Shown here one piece after another: positions 1 to 9,740 of a DNA stretch of 64,000 nt. Position 1 is the first letter of the stretch. The number at the start of each line of letters is the position of its first letter. The stretch is from Bacteroidota bacterium (GTDB lineage Bacteria; Bacteroidota; Bacteroidia; Chitinophagales; JADIYW01). A model generated the notes under the pieces. That model ran no database searches. It was given only the letters and a program-made list of their open reading frames with translations, and had not been told where the DNA came from. Location: assembly GCA_020436225.1 (NCBI GenBank), contig JAGQYE010000086.1, positions 4,410-68,409 of the forward strand. The letters run 5' to 3'. Position numbers and translations under genes: made by a program.

Positions 1-389
1 TTTGTTCCTTTTCCCAATAAAGGGTTACTCTTTCTAAGTCTTTCCGGCCAGATATTTCTTTGTTCAAAAAAAAGTTGTGTTGATGTTTTTACATTCCAAA
101 AGGCTGCTTTTTTTCTATCATTGTACAAATAGTCAAAATCTTCATTTACTTGTAAACGCCACTTTTCATCTTGTTCATTTGTAGGAGATTGGCTAATATA
201 TCCATACCAATCTTTTGCATTTAATGTTAAAAACCCTCCTATGGCTTCTTTGCCTTGGTCCAAATGCCAAAAATAATTTTTAATTTGCTCACTGATACTT
301 TCCCCAGTCTCTTGTGAAGTAGCCTGACCGAATGAATTATTTATAAAGAGTGAAATAAATAATACTAATAATGCTGTTGACTTTCTCAT
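1..389 (-). CDS. secreted hypothetical protein, C-terminus cut by window edge
   Basis: Reverse-strand ATG at 389 opens MRKSTALLVLFISLFINNSFGQ (signal-peptide-like). The frame stays open to base 1. It is absent from the ORF track because there is no stop inside the window. Confidence 0.55.
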   Translation of the reverse strand, partial: MRKSTALLVLFISLFINNSFGQATSQETGESISEQIKNYFWHLDQGKEAIGGFLTLNAKDWYGYISQSPTNEQDEKWRLQVNEDFDYLYNDRKKAAFWNVKTSTQLFFEQRNIWPERLRKSNPLLGKGT

Positions 390-434
390 CTTATGTTGTT
401 TTTATAGCGTTTTCAATACACTTGATTTTACTTT

Positions 435-1502
435 TTATTTTACCTCTATAGCTCTTACTATACCCGAACTGCCTCCATCTAAAGGCAGGATAGTTTCCAC
501 ATTGTTTTTAAGATATTTTGGGATTGTAACGGAAGTGGAAGTGTTTTCCTGAAAGGCAATATAAACATCTGTACCATCAACAAATAAACCATAGGGGGTG
601 GTTACATTCGTACTATTAGTAAGGGGTTGGGCTACATCGTTTTTCCAAAGAGTTGCTGTATAAACGCCATTTACATTTTGGTCGCCTATTATATACACAT
701 CTGTTACATTGTTATTGCTTACAGCTTGTATTTTTCTGGCAAATGCGTTACTACTGCCATCGGTTAATGTATAAGGAACATCATCTTTCCAATAGGTGAC
801 TACATATAATGGCTGTTGCTGGATTCCTGCCGCATAAACATTATGTTTGGGAATAGAAATACTATTAATGTAAGAATGCCCCACACCGGCATTATAGGTG
901 GTAGTTGCATAAAAATCACTCCATACTTTTCCTATCATATCAGACCCTGAAGTTTCGTAGCCACCAAAAAATAATTTACCCTCATCATTTACAGCAATGC
1001 TTTGCGCTATGGCATTGTTAGCACCGTCGGTTAACTGATGCTTTTCGCCATTTTTCCAATATACAGCTACCTTTTTGCCAGAAACAGTTTCGTAACCAAC
1101 GACGTACATATCGGAATTTATAACCATCATATCGTATGCCACAGATTCGCCTGTCGCAGTTAGATTGTACGTATTAGGGTAATTGTCGGAGGGTGATTGT
1201 TTCCAATATACAGCTTGGTTTCCTGTTCCCTGATTGGAATACCCGCAGGCATAAACAGTATTGTCGTTTGCGACTGCAATATCTATTGCCAAACTTATAT
1301 CGCCAAGAGAACCAAGATTGACAACTTCATTGTCTTTCCAATATACCGCCATATAATTTGCACCGTTAAATATGGCTCCTGCAACATAAACTTTTTTAGC
1401 GGTAATTTCCGTTTCCGGTGTGTTATCGTCCTTACTACAGGAGATTAAACTCGTCATCAATGTAATAATGACAACAGATTTTAAATAATTCATCTTTTTC
1501 AT
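435..1502 (-). CDS. lipoprotein with YWK-type repeats (beta-propeller-like), unknown function
   Basis: Signal peptide plus lipobox LISC. About 6-7 repeats of about 45 aa each contain (V/T)(Y/L)WK(D/N)...(L)T(D/N) followed by a V/I-rich strand ending G(Y/D). Confidence 0.7.
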   Translation of the reverse strand: MKKMNYLKSVVIITLMTSLISCSKDDNTPETEITAKKVYVAGAIFNGANYMAVYWKDNEVVNLGSLGDISLAIDIAVANDNTVYACGYSNQGTGNQAVYWKQSPSDNYPNTYNLTATGESVAYDMMVINSDMYVVGYETVSGKKVAVYWKNGEKHQLTDGANNAIAQSIAVNDEGKLFFGGYETSGSDMIGKVWSDFYATTTYNAGVGHSYINSISIPKHNVYAAGIQQQPLYVVTYWKDDVPYTLTDGSSNAFARKIQAVSNNNVTDVYIIGDQNVNGVYTATLWKNDVAQPLTNSTNVTTPYGLFVDGTDVYIAFQENTSTSVTIPKYLKNNVETILPLDGGSSGIVRAIEVK

Positions 1503-1518
1503 ATTATTTGAGTTTTAG

Positions 1519-2385
1519 TTATTTACTAAACAATTGGCTTTCCGTATCGATACTTTCATAGGTATTGATTTTGAAAAAAAGCTCGCTTCTGTTTACTGTA
1601 ATTTTAGAACCATCCGAAAGCGAAATAGTAACTTTCGTTCCTGAAATATTCGTAATCACCCCTCGTACAAATTGATTGTTTTTACGATAATAAGCGAGGT
1701 CGCCCTTCACGATTTCAAGCGGAACGATTTGGCTCGTTTTTACCTTTGATTTTTCGGGAGAAATCTGTATCCAAAACCCATCTTTTGTATTGTCCAAAAA
1801 GGTGGCTTCCTGCCAATAACCGCTTTCTTCGTAAAGTGCTAACACTTTTGTGTTTGGTTTTACATCGTTCAATCCTTCTCGTTTTCCCCGAACAATCGCC
1901 CCTGCCGTAGTTTGTGTGCAGGACATTGAGCGGAATAAATTCTTTTCGGTTTCGCCAATGTAATGCCCGATTTGAACGTCGGTAAGTCGCTGTGTTCCGT
2001 CTTCTATTTTTACGGATAAATGACTGTATTTCGTTTGGTTTTTATTGAACCATTCGTATTGATTATCGGTTTGATTTTTTTCAATCGGCACCCAACAATA
2101 CTGAAAATCGTACCCTTGGTTCATTGTCTTTATTTTCATTAAATCATCCATCAAACGCTTCCCGTTTTCATTCAGCACTTTTCGTTCTTTATTCGTAAAC
2201 AAATCATTGCTGAAAACTTTCAGTAGCTTGTCTTCCGAAGTTTTACTGTCATCGCTGTACATCGTTCTGTGCACATAATCGTACACTTCGTACACATCTC
2301 GCAAATACGGACGTTGACTGCTGTATTTTTGGGAATATACCATTGTGGAAATCATCAAAAAGATTAAAAGCAAGTAACGGTTCAT
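1519..2385 (-). CDS. secreted hypothetical protein
   Basis: 288-aa ORF with signal peptide MNRYLLLIFLMISTMVYSQ. No catalytic motif recognised. Confidence 0.65.
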   Translation of the reverse strand: MNRYLLLIFLMISTMVYSQKYSSQRPYLRDVYEVYDYVHRTMYSDDSKTSEDKLLKVFSNDLFTNKERKVLNENGKRLMDDLMKIKTMNQGYDFQYCWVPIEKNQTDNQYEWFNKNQTKYSHLSVKIEDGTQRLTDVQIGHYIGETEKNLFRSMSCTQTTAGAIVRGKREGLNDVKPNTKVLALYEESGYWQEATFLDNTKDGFWIQISPEKSKVKTSQIVPLEIVKGDLAYYRKNNQFVRGVITNISGTKVTISLSDGSKITVNRSELFFKINTYESIDTESQLFSK

Positions 2386-2410
2386 ACAAAATTTTTTATG
2401 TGATGGATGG

Positions 2411-3067
2411 CTATTTCAGGGAAATGGAATTATAGGTTTCCTGTATTTCTTTCGCTTTTTCCGGCGAATCGGTAAAGGCTTGAAAATTGAAAATTTCATT
2501 TCCTTTTAATATCGAGATATTCTGGAAAGTGCCGTCAAAGGTTTCGCCGTTTTTGGACAATTTAATTTTTCCGGAAGCCATTATTGCTGGATATCCAAAT
2601 TGACTGGAAACGTCCTTTTTGTTTACCTCTGTTATTATAGCTCCCGGCATATTTTTATACCCTTTGATTAGTCCGTCAATGGCATTGTCAAGATTGGGTG
2701 TAACCGAATTATCGGTATAGGTCAAAGCAACATTCCCTTTTAAATTGGAAATATTCTGGTCATAAAATCCGGCATTTACAATTTGTGGATTTACAGCTTT
2801 TATTTGTTGGGATTTGTTTTCGTTTTTCACAAATGAATATTGCGAATGGTAAGTAATCGTGGTTTTGCCGACGTTTAATTCTTTGGGTGCTTCATTTACA
2901 TTTTTATGTTCCATTTCTTTTGCTTTGGATTGTTCCACCATTTGGTCCACGACCGATTTTTCTTTGGGTTGATTGTCTTTGCAAGCAGTTATTGCTGTTG
3001 CCATTAAACTACTTGCCACAATGCAAATAGGTAAAACTTTTATTTTTAAATTTTTCATTGCTTTCAT
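2411..3067 (-). CDS. hypothetical lipoprotein
   Basis: 218-aa ORF with a signal peptide and lipobox-like AITAC. Confidence 0.65.
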   Translation of the reverse strand: MKAMKNLKIKVLPICIVASSLMATAITACKDNQPKEKSVVDQMVEQSKAKEMEHKNVNEAPKELNVGKTTITYHSQYSFVKNENKSQQIKAVNPQIVNAGFYDQNISNLKGNVALTYTDNSVTPNLDNAIDGLIKGYKNMPGAIITEVNKKDVSSQFGYPAIMASGKIKLSKNGETFDGTFQNISILKGNEIFNFQAFTDSPEKAKEIQETYNSISLK

Positions 3068-3082
3068 TTTTAGTAAACTGTA

Positions 3083-3805
3083 TTAATTCGTTGCTTGATT
3101 CAGGTATTTCTTTTTATCCAATTCGCCTTCCGGGTATTTTTCTTCGCCAATATTTTTAACACGGGTGTAGGCACTGCCGTGGAGTACTCTTGTCCATTCG
3201 CTGTTCATATCATCTCTGTAAAACCGGATGTCGGCTTTGCCTAATTCTATATCCACCGTTGTGCTGTTTCTCCACCGTTTCAGTTGGATAGAATCGATAT
3301 GAAATGAAAACGAAGTAGGCGAATACCAGGTAACTTTTGAGTCCTCGGTCATCTTTAATTTCGGGAATGATTCTGCCAAAATCTGATTGCAATTCACCAC
3401 CAATTCTTTGCATAAATTTTCAGCAATCAATTTGTTTATTTTGTCTATATCAATCGGTGGCATTCCCGTCAATTCTTCATAGCCCGGATTGAATTGTTTG
3501 TACACATATTTACCACTCTGTTTGGTGTAAACCGCCATTCCATCTACGATAGCTCGGGAGTCAGGCAGTTCTTTGGCAAAACTGGTTTTAGAAACTACTT
3601 TTACCTGACGGCGGTGGTAGTAAACCTTTGTACTGCCTTCCCATTCTTCAGTATAGGTTCCGTTACCGATTACTTCAATAGATGTGGCTCCTGTAAATTT
3701 TTTAGCTACATCTGCTTTTACGGTGGCAGCACTTACTTGTGCTTGTGCCAAATTTCCCGTCAACAGTAAAATGGCAAAGAGAAATAGAATTTTGAGTGAT
3801 TTCAT
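3083..3805 (-). CDS. secreted hypothetical protein
   Basis: 240-aa ORF with signal peptide MKSLKILFLFAILLLTGNLAQAQ. Confidence 0.65.
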   Translation of the reverse strand: MKSLKILFLFAILLLTGNLAQAQVSAATVKADVAKKFTGATSIEVIGNGTYTEEWEGSTKVYYHRRQVKVVSKTSFAKELPDSRAIVDGMAVYTKQSGKYVYKQFNPGYEELTGMPPIDIDKINKLIAENLCKELVVNCNQILAESFPKLKMTEDSKVTWYSPTSFSFHIDSIQLKRWRNSTTVDIELGKADIRFYRDDMNSEWTRVLHGSAYTRVKNIGEEKYPEGELDKKKYLNQATN

Positions 3806-3822
3806 ATTGCTTGTTTTTTGAT

Positions 3823-4800
3823 TTAATACTGATTAAAAAAGTTGTTGAATATTTTAGTTGCGTTAAGCAAATTTGGAAAAGTGTTATTCGCCGGATAATT
3901 ATGTCCTAATCCCTTATATACACGTACTTCAAAATACTTGCGACTGTCTGCAATTCCATTTAAAGGTGTAGTAAAGGTTAAACTGTAATGATGCTGACTG
4001 CTTGTCTGCTGATAACTATTATTTAAGCCATTGCGCAATAAATGCCAATCAATCAATTGTTGAAATAATGAATTTTGGTATAACGAAGCAGGGGTTCTGG
4101 GAAATTGGCTGCTGACTATTTGGAGCGTATCTAAAACACGCTGGTCTTTGGAGCCATAAAATATTATCGTTGGAACAGGTCTTGACGGTTGACTCACATT
4201 TGTATTAGGAAGTATAGAAGAAACAATACCAGCCGCAGTAATTTTATCAGCTACTTCCATTACTAATTTAGAACAAAACATTGCACCATTGGAAAATCCG
4301 GCTATATAAATTTTGCTTGGGTTATGTAAGTTGTGCTCAACGTCTAAAGAATCTCTGTAACTGTCAACCCATTTGAGCATATCCCTAAAAAACAAAACAT
4401 CGTTTGCAGGAGTAACGGTACTTCTAACGTTTAACGTGCCATCATTCCATCTGCTTTTTACAGCTTGTTCGTCTAATAAATAATAGCACAAAGAATTAGG
4501 TAAAACAAGCAGAAAATTTTCTCGGTCAGCTTCTTCATTCCACTTGGTTTTTTGGAACATTTTTAAACCGTCCTGTCCGGTGCCGTGAAACATAAACACA
4601 ACTTTAGTTTGCGAATGTGCATTATATCCCTGTGGTGTATAAACAAAAAAACTACGAGGTTTACTATCAGAGTTTATAATGACTTTCTTTAAAAGTGGTT
4701 GTGCAACTGATTGAATCTGACTACACTCGGTTTGGGCGAATTGCGTTAACGGAATATTCATCAGTAAACCTATTATATAATATGTATAGACCTTTTTCAT
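3823..4800 (-). CDS. secreted alpha/beta-hydrolase, PHB-depolymerase/esterase (LpqC-like) family
   Basis: Signal peptide; FMFHGTGQDG oxyanion-region motif; nucleophile elbow GFSNGA. Confidence 0.7.
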   Translation of the reverse strand: MKKVYTYYIIGLLMNIPLTQFAQTECSQIQSVAQPLLKKVIINSDSKPRSFFVYTPQGYNAHSQTKVVFMFHGTGQDGLKMFQKTKWNEEADRENFLLVLPNSLCYYLLDEQAVKSRWNDGTLNVRSTVTPANDVLFFRDMLKWVDSYRDSLDVEHNLHNPSKIYIAGFSNGAMFCSKLVMEVADKITAAGIVSSILPNTNVSQPSRPVPTIIFYGSKDQRVLDTLQIVSSQFPRTPASLYQNSLFQQLIDWHLLRNGLNNSYQQTSSQHHYSLTFTTPLNGIADSRKYFEVRVYKGLGHNYPANNTFPNLLNATKIFNNFFNQY

Positions 4801-4850
4801 TTGAACGTTTCAATACGGATATATGGCAAATGTTAAACTCGTTTTTTCTG

Positions 4851-5030
4851 TTAAGAGGATGAATTATTTTTCTTTACAAAGGCAATCAACAAACAGATAA
4901 TTGCTAATGGTAGCGGAACCCAAAAGAAGTCTTTCAGTTCGCTCAAATGACCGGAGCTGTTGCCTACCAAATACATCACAAGTGAAGCTATCAGGCAAAG
5001 TACAGCGAGAATTGGGGCTAATTTTTTCAT
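4851..5030 (-). CDS. small two-TM membrane protein (59 aa), hypothetical
   Basis: Hand translation gives MKKLAPILAVLCLIASLVMYLVGNSSGHLSELKDFFWVPLPLAIICLLIAFVKKNNSSS. It falls below the 60-aa track cutoff and fills the gap between two minus-strand genes. Confidence 0.4.
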   Translation of the reverse strand: MKKLAPILAVLCLIASLVMYLVGNSSGHLSELKDFFWVPLPLAIICLLIAFVKKNNSSS

Positions 5031-5036
5031 AATTTA

Positions 5037-6653
5037 TTATTTTTTGATGATTGATTTTGTGATTTTTCCGTTTGGAGTAGTGATTTCTATCAAATAATGA
5101 CCGGCAGAAATTGTTGAAAGATTGATAATTTTCTGTCCTTTCCAGCTTTTCAGAATCTGTCCGGAATCCGAAATCAGCCGTATGCTTTTTATTTCCTGTC
5201 TATCTGTGTTAATGTTGAGGATTTCACTTACAGGATTGGGATAGAGTTCTAACTTTACTTGTGCATACTCATTAACACCCACATTAACACCCATAGTAGA
5301 AACATCAAATTTGTACAATTCCCGCCCAACGGAAGTTTGGTATCCAGCCTGAAAAAACAATTCATCATTAAACAAGAAAAGATGATTCACTGTAGTTGGT
5401 TCATCATAAGTTGATGGGGCGATTTTTATTGTTCCTGCTTCAGTACCATCAGTAACAAAGAGGTGTGAACTTTCACTATCATTTGCTGTGAAGTATAATT
5501 TATTATTGTAAACCGTATAATTACTGGGGAAAGAACCTTCATAATTCTGCGTGGTTGTGTTGATGTCTTTTACCATATAAGTTCCAGCTTCCGTTCCGTC
5601 GGTAACCCAAAGCTCTTCAGCGTGTATGCCATCGGTCGCCTGAAAATAGACTTTGCCGTTAAATTCTGTAAAACCGCTCGGAGAAGAATTATTATCATCC
5701 GGATAGATGTCTTTTACCATATACGTTCCGGCAGTTGTTCCATCTGTTACCCAAAGTTCTTCGTAGTGAACAGGGTCTTGTGCGGCAAAATACATGTTGT
5801 TTCCACTTACATAAAAGTGTGATGGATAACTACTATTTGTTCCAGATGCAATGTCCAGAAAGAGTTGTGTTCCAGCCTCGGTACCATCAGTTACCCAGAG
5901 TTCATTGCCGTTGATTCCATCGTCTGCTTGAAAGAAAAGAAGTCCGTTAAATTCTGTAAAATATTTGGGATTTGAATCTGAAGTAGCATTGATGTTTTTG
6001 AGCATCACAGTTCCGGAGGTACTACCGTCGCTAACCCAAAGTTCTGTTCCATTCGTACCGTCATCAGCAGAAAAGTAAAGTTTGTTGTTATAAACGACAA
6101 GCGAACTTACGGAAGCACTTCCGTTTGGATTGATATCTTTTACTCTAGCTGTCCCATTTGCATTACCATTTGACAACCAAAGTTCTTTCCCGATTACACC
6201 ATCATCAGCAGTAAAAAACAAATGACCATCAAAATTGATAAAATCATCAGGAAAGCTACCTCCTGTCGGGTTAATGTCTTTTACCATATAAGTCCCAGTT
6301 TCAGTTCCATTTGAAATCCAAAGTTCCTTACCATTTACGCCATCATCTGCAACAAAATAGACTATATCCGTTCTGTTTAAAAATTTAATAGGATAGCTAT
6401 CACCTGAAGGATTGATGTCTTTTATCATTTGAGTTCCTGATACGGTTCCATCACTTATCCAAAGTTCATCGCCATTCAGATTATCAGTAGCTCTAAAAAC
6501 AAAGGAATTATCCAAAAAAGTAAAATCTGACGGACTACTGTCTCCTGCCGGATTAATATCCGCAAATAATTCGGGTGTTTGAGCAAAGACACTCGTGCTT
6601 CCCATTACAAGTGTTAGGATAAAAGTTATTGAACAGAGTACTGGTTTTCTCAT
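5037..6653 (-). CDS. ELWxxDGT-repeat protein with T9SS C-terminal sorting domain
   Basis: At least 8 repeats of about 48 aa with ELW(I/V)(S/T)DGT.(A/S)GT.M(V/I)KDINP. C-terminal LELYPNPVSEILNI...GHYLIEI is sorting-domain-like. The start is taken at MRKPVLCSITF (signal peptide) rather than the track start 6683. Confidence 0.8.
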   Translation of the reverse strand: MRKPVLCSITFILTLVMGSTSVFAQTPELFADINPAGDSSPSDFTFLDNSFVFRATDNLNGDELWISDGTVSGTQMIKDINPSGDSYPIKFLNRTDIVYFVADDGVNGKELWISNGTETGTYMVKDINPTGGSFPDDFINFDGHLFFTADDGVIGKELWLSNGNANGTARVKDINPNGSASVSSLVVYNNKLYFSADDGTNGTELWVSDGSTSGTVMLKNINATSDSNPKYFTEFNGLLFFQADDGINGNELWVTDGTEAGTQLFLDIASGTNSSYPSHFYVSGNNMYFAAQDPVHYEELWVTDGTTAGTYMVKDIYPDDNNSSPSGFTEFNGKVYFQATDGIHAEELWVTDGTEAGTYMVKDINTTTQNYEGSFPSNYTVYNNKLYFTANDSESSHLFVTDGTEAGTIKIAPSTYDEPTTVNHLFLFNDELFFQAGYQTSVGRELYKFDVSTMGVNVGVNEYAQVKLELYPNPVSEILNINTDRQEIKSIRLISDSGQILKSWKGQKIINLSTISAGHYLIEITTPNGKITKSIIKK

Positions 6654-6842
6654 AATTTCTGAATTTTTTAACTCGTTGTACAAGTTGTTTGATTATGAAA
6701 GCAAAACTACTGACAACATTCAGTGTGCTTTTCCCCCTAAAGAGTGAATTTTGATTTATCCGGTGAATTTTCAAATTCACTCTTTGGAGTGATAACAGAA
6801 GTATTTGATGTAGATAATTTAGCATCCAGAATTTACAATGCA

Positions 6843-7310
6843 ATGGAAGAAACTTTCACGTATCATTTGCCTTTTAATAATTTCTTGTATCAATTGCTGG
6901 GATTTTTTGGGCTACTGTGTTTAATAGGTGCAGTCATTCCTTTTAGTTTTCATTACAGAAGGTCAGAAATCAGCAATCCTATTTTATTATATGGCGGTTT
7001 GTTGTTGGTTGGATTGGTCAGCATTATCATTGTGATTGCCAAAGTAAAAAGCAATCGTTCATTGGCTAATGCACATAAAGTAAGATTAACCAATACCGCT
7101 TTGGAATTTCCCAAAGGAAAGTCTGATTTGATAATCTTACCGTATGAAGATATTACCGGAACTCAACTTTTTGAAAATAAATTTCGGGGAGATGTTTTAG
7201 CAGTAAAATCAATAAATAAAACGACTATTTACATAGATTCAAAAGGGTTTGAATCATCAGATAAATTTCAAAAATTTCAAACGGTACTAAAATCAAAAAT
7301 TAGTTTTTAA
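6843..7310 (+). CDS. two-TM membrane protein, paralog A of 7859-8386
   Basis: ATG at 6843 inside track ORF 6744-7310. Shares F.Y.LP(F/Y).N(F/L)L, two TM helices and a C-terminal (F/I)PKG(K/R)...(Y)(E/A)DI...KGF..(S/D)(D/E) region with 7859-8386. Confidence 0.6.
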   Translation: MEETFTYHLPFNNFLYQLLGFFGLLCLIGAVIPFSFHYRRSEISNPILLYGGLLLVGLVSIIIVIAKVKSNRSLANAHKVRLTNTALEFPKGKSDLIILPYEDITGTQLFENKFRGDVLAVKSINKTTIYIDSKGFESSDKFQKFQTVLKSKISF

Positions 7311-7328
7311 CAATTAAAATTTAATGAA

Positions 7329-7793
7329 ATGAAAAATGTAATCTTTATTATGCTGTGCTTATTTTCTATCAACGGTCTATATGCACAAAAAGTAGCTCCC
7401 GAAGTTGCAAAAGTTCTAAAATTAAATAATGCCAAAAAGAAACCTGTAGTGGTAGATATTGGAGTTGAATTCGGTAAAAGACGATTAGGATGTAGAGAAA
7501 TGGGAATTTGTAAAGGTGAAATTATTATTAAGAATAATAATGAACCGGAGCATCAGCTCATTGGATATGGACAGAACAAACTGGCAATTGTCGTTTTAAA
7601 ATCAAAATTGAGCAAGGAAAAAATAAACGCAAATTTTAGTGGGAAAGAATTTGTGTTGGATGAAGATTTTACTTTTTCCAATGCTATTTCCGAAAAATTT
7701 AAAGCGGGTGCTGATTTAAGTGATAAATTGAAATTCAAAAAAGGTTCGCACAAAATTTTAGAATTAGAAAATTATTTTATTATTCTTCAATAA
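7329..7793 (+). CDS. secreted hypothetical protein
   Basis: 154 aa with signal peptide MKNVIFIMLCLFSINGLYAQ. Confidence 0.6.
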   Translation: MKNVIFIMLCLFSINGLYAQKVAPEVAKVLKLNNAKKKPVVVDIGVEFGKRRLGCREMGICKGEIIIKNNNEPEHQLIGYGQNKLAIVVLKSKLSKEKINANFSGKEFVLDEDFTFSNAISEKFKAGADLSDKLKFKKGSHKILELENYFIILQ

Positions 7794-7858
7794 GTAAACA
7801 GGTTGGTGTTTCAGAAATACTCGTTTCCAAATCGTATTAAACAACTCAATTCACTAAT

Positions 7859-8386
7859 ATGCAAATCGAATTCAAATACAAACTTCCTTATCGTAATCTG
7901 TTACCGTTTTTGGTTTTCATAGCTATTGCTCTTTTATTGGTTGGTGGCGGTTATTTAATGAACGATTTTGATACCACAAATCTTCCGAGTAATAGTGGCA
8001 AAATGGGTAGAGGAACATCAAGAAATGCTGTGATTGACATAGGAAGTTTAATAGCAATCGTACTTTTTATCACTTTGCTTGTAAATGTTGTGAAGATATT
8101 TTTGTCCGGCTTAAACCCAAATAAAATTAGTTTTGAAGAAGAATATTTCATCATTCCGAAAGGAAGAAATGCGGTGCGGAAAATAGATTATGCTGACATC
8201 AAACGACCCGTAGAAAGGCAAATACATTATTCTTTGCTTTTAATTCCTAAAAAATCTGAATTCAATCGTTTCCGTATTTATCTCAAAGGTTTTAATACAG
8301 ATGAAGATTACTATTCGTTTGAAAAAACACTACAAGAATATGTAGAGAAATTACCCGAAGTAAAACCGAAACAAATATGGGAATGA
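7859..8386 (+). CDS. two-TM membrane protein, paralog B of 6843-7310
   Basis: 175 aa with the same architecture and shared motifs as 6843-7310. Confidence 0.6.
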   Translation: MQIEFKYKLPYRNLLPFLVFIAIALLLVGGGYLMNDFDTTNLPSNSGKMGRGTSRNAVIDIGSLIAIVLFITLLVNVVKIFLSGLNPNKISFEEEYFIIPKGRNAVRKIDYADIKRPVERQIHYSLLLIPKKSEFNRFRIYLKGFNTDEDYYSFEKTLQEYVEKLPEVKPKQIWE

Positions 8387-9042
8387 AAAATTTACTATTA
8401 CTCACGATTATTATTGGTTTAAATGTTACTTCTACCTGTTTTGGACAGCAGGTGTTTGAGCTATTCAGCGCATTGCCCGATTCTGCTGTATTGAATTTGA
8501 ATAGGGAAGAACGGGAAAAAATCATTCAGATTTCCAAAGACAACAATACTTGGGAAGATGCTGTAAAAGACTTGAACACGAAACAGACCCATTTCGCTTT
8601 TGAAAAAGCAAATGTTGAAAATGGCTATTTGAAGATGATTGGGAATTTTGAAGGAAAATGGGAGATGAAAGTTTGGAAAATTACAAGTAACTATTCACTC
8701 GTAGGCATTTACAAAGAAACTTGTGGGCCTGTTTGCCATACTGAACAACTGGATTTTTATAGATATGAAAAATCAAAAGGGTTTAAAAATCTAAACTTAA
8801 TAAACGTATTTCCGGTTCAGAAAATACAGCAATATATTTCCTCAAAACTGTTGCCACCTTATGAACTTGAAACAGACGACAATTTGGGTTATTTGCTGTT
8901 TCAGTTTAATAAAGATAGTTCCATCAATGTTTCCTGGAACGAATTTATGGCTGAAAAGTATCGGCTCGAATTAAATTTTCAACTGTATTTTTTGACCGAT
9001 AATCTTAAAAATGAAACCTATTTTGGAATTAAAGAAAACTAA
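8383..9042 (+). CDS. secreted hypothetical protein
   Basis: MKNLLLLTIIIGLNVTSTCFGQ signal peptide. ATGA start/stop overlap with the upstream gene. Confidence 0.6.
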   Translation: MKNLLLLTIIIGLNVTSTCFGQQVFELFSALPDSAVLNLNREEREKIIQISKDNNTWEDAVKDLNTKQTHFAFEKANVENGYLKMIGNFEGKWEMKVWKITSNYSLVGIYKETCGPVCHTEQLDFYRYEKSKGFKNLNLINVFPVQKIQQYISSKLLPPYELETDDNLGYLLFQFNKDSSINVSWNEFMAEKYRLELNFQLYFLTDNLKNETYFGIKEN

Positions 9043-9043
9043 T

Positions 9044-9463
9044 ATGCCGTATCAAATTTGTTTAATCGCCGGACTGATTTTATTTGGCTTGTCCTGCTTT
9101 CTATTGTACAGAAATATCACATTTCTAAAAACAAGCGAGCGAGCTACAGGGGAAGTTATAGAACTAAAAAAAATACACCGAAGCACGAGCAAACCGACGT
9201 ACAAACCGGTTTTTGAATTTGTGACCAAAGAAGGAAAAACCATCATTCATACTTCACTTTCTTCCAGCAATCCGCCTTCTTGGAAATTAGGTGAAAAAGC
9301 CATTTATGCCTACAAACCCGATGCTCCCGACAAAGGAAAAATAGTTACCTATTATGGTGTATTTGGCTGGGTGGTAGCCTTGGCTTGCGTGGCATTTCCA
9401 TTACTGATTATTGGTGGCGGATATTTCATTTCTGATTGGTATTTACAATCACCTATTTCATAA
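9044..9463 (+). CDS. membrane protein, DUF3592-like architecture
   Basis: ATG one nt after the upstream stop. TM helix, then beta-rich segment ATGEVIE...YKPVFEFVTKEGK..., then a C-terminal TM, as I recall for DUF3592. Confidence 0.5.
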   Translation: MPYQICLIAGLILFGLSCFLLYRNITFLKTSERATGEVIELKKIHRSTSKPTYKPVFEFVTKEGKTIIHTSLSSSNPPSWKLGEKAIYAYKPDAPDKGKIVTYYGVFGWVVALACVAFPLLIIGGGYFISDWYLQSPIS

Positions 9464-9464
9464 A

Positions 9465-9719
9465 ATGGAAGTTTGGCAAATGCTTGTAATAGGATTATTG
9501 TTTTTGATTTTGACACTTTTTTGTCTGAAGAAAACAATCCAATCGTTCAAAAGCAAGAAAACGATTGTAACAAAAATCGTCCTTGTAATAATGACCTTTT
9601 TTTTGGGGTTTTTAGCATTTTGTTTCCTTTTTGCCGGTGTCCTTTCGGGTGTTTTTTATACGTTTTTTTCAGAATTATTCGGAGGGATTTTTAAAGCGGA
9701 TTACTGGAACGAAAATTAG
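9465..9719 (+). CDS. small membrane protein (84 aa)
   Basis: ATG at 9465, one nt after the upstream stop. MEVWQMLVIGLLFLILTLFCL plus two more hydrophobic helices. Confidence 0.5.
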   Translation: MEVWQMLVIGLLFLILTLFCLKKTIQSFKSKKTIVTKIVLVIMTFFLGFLAFCFLFAGVLSGVFYTFFSELFGGIFKADYWNEN

Positions 9720-9740
9720 AAATTTAATAAAATCACAACT

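Noticed and set aside
1197-1448. Numerous 60-130-aa ORFs nested antisense or out of frame inside long genes (e.g. 1197-1448, 22703-23053, 30492-30854, 44748-45140, 45993-46343)
   Set aside because: Each is fully contained in a longer ORF with clear family motifs. Their compositions are those expected from the shadow frames of AT-rich coding DNA.
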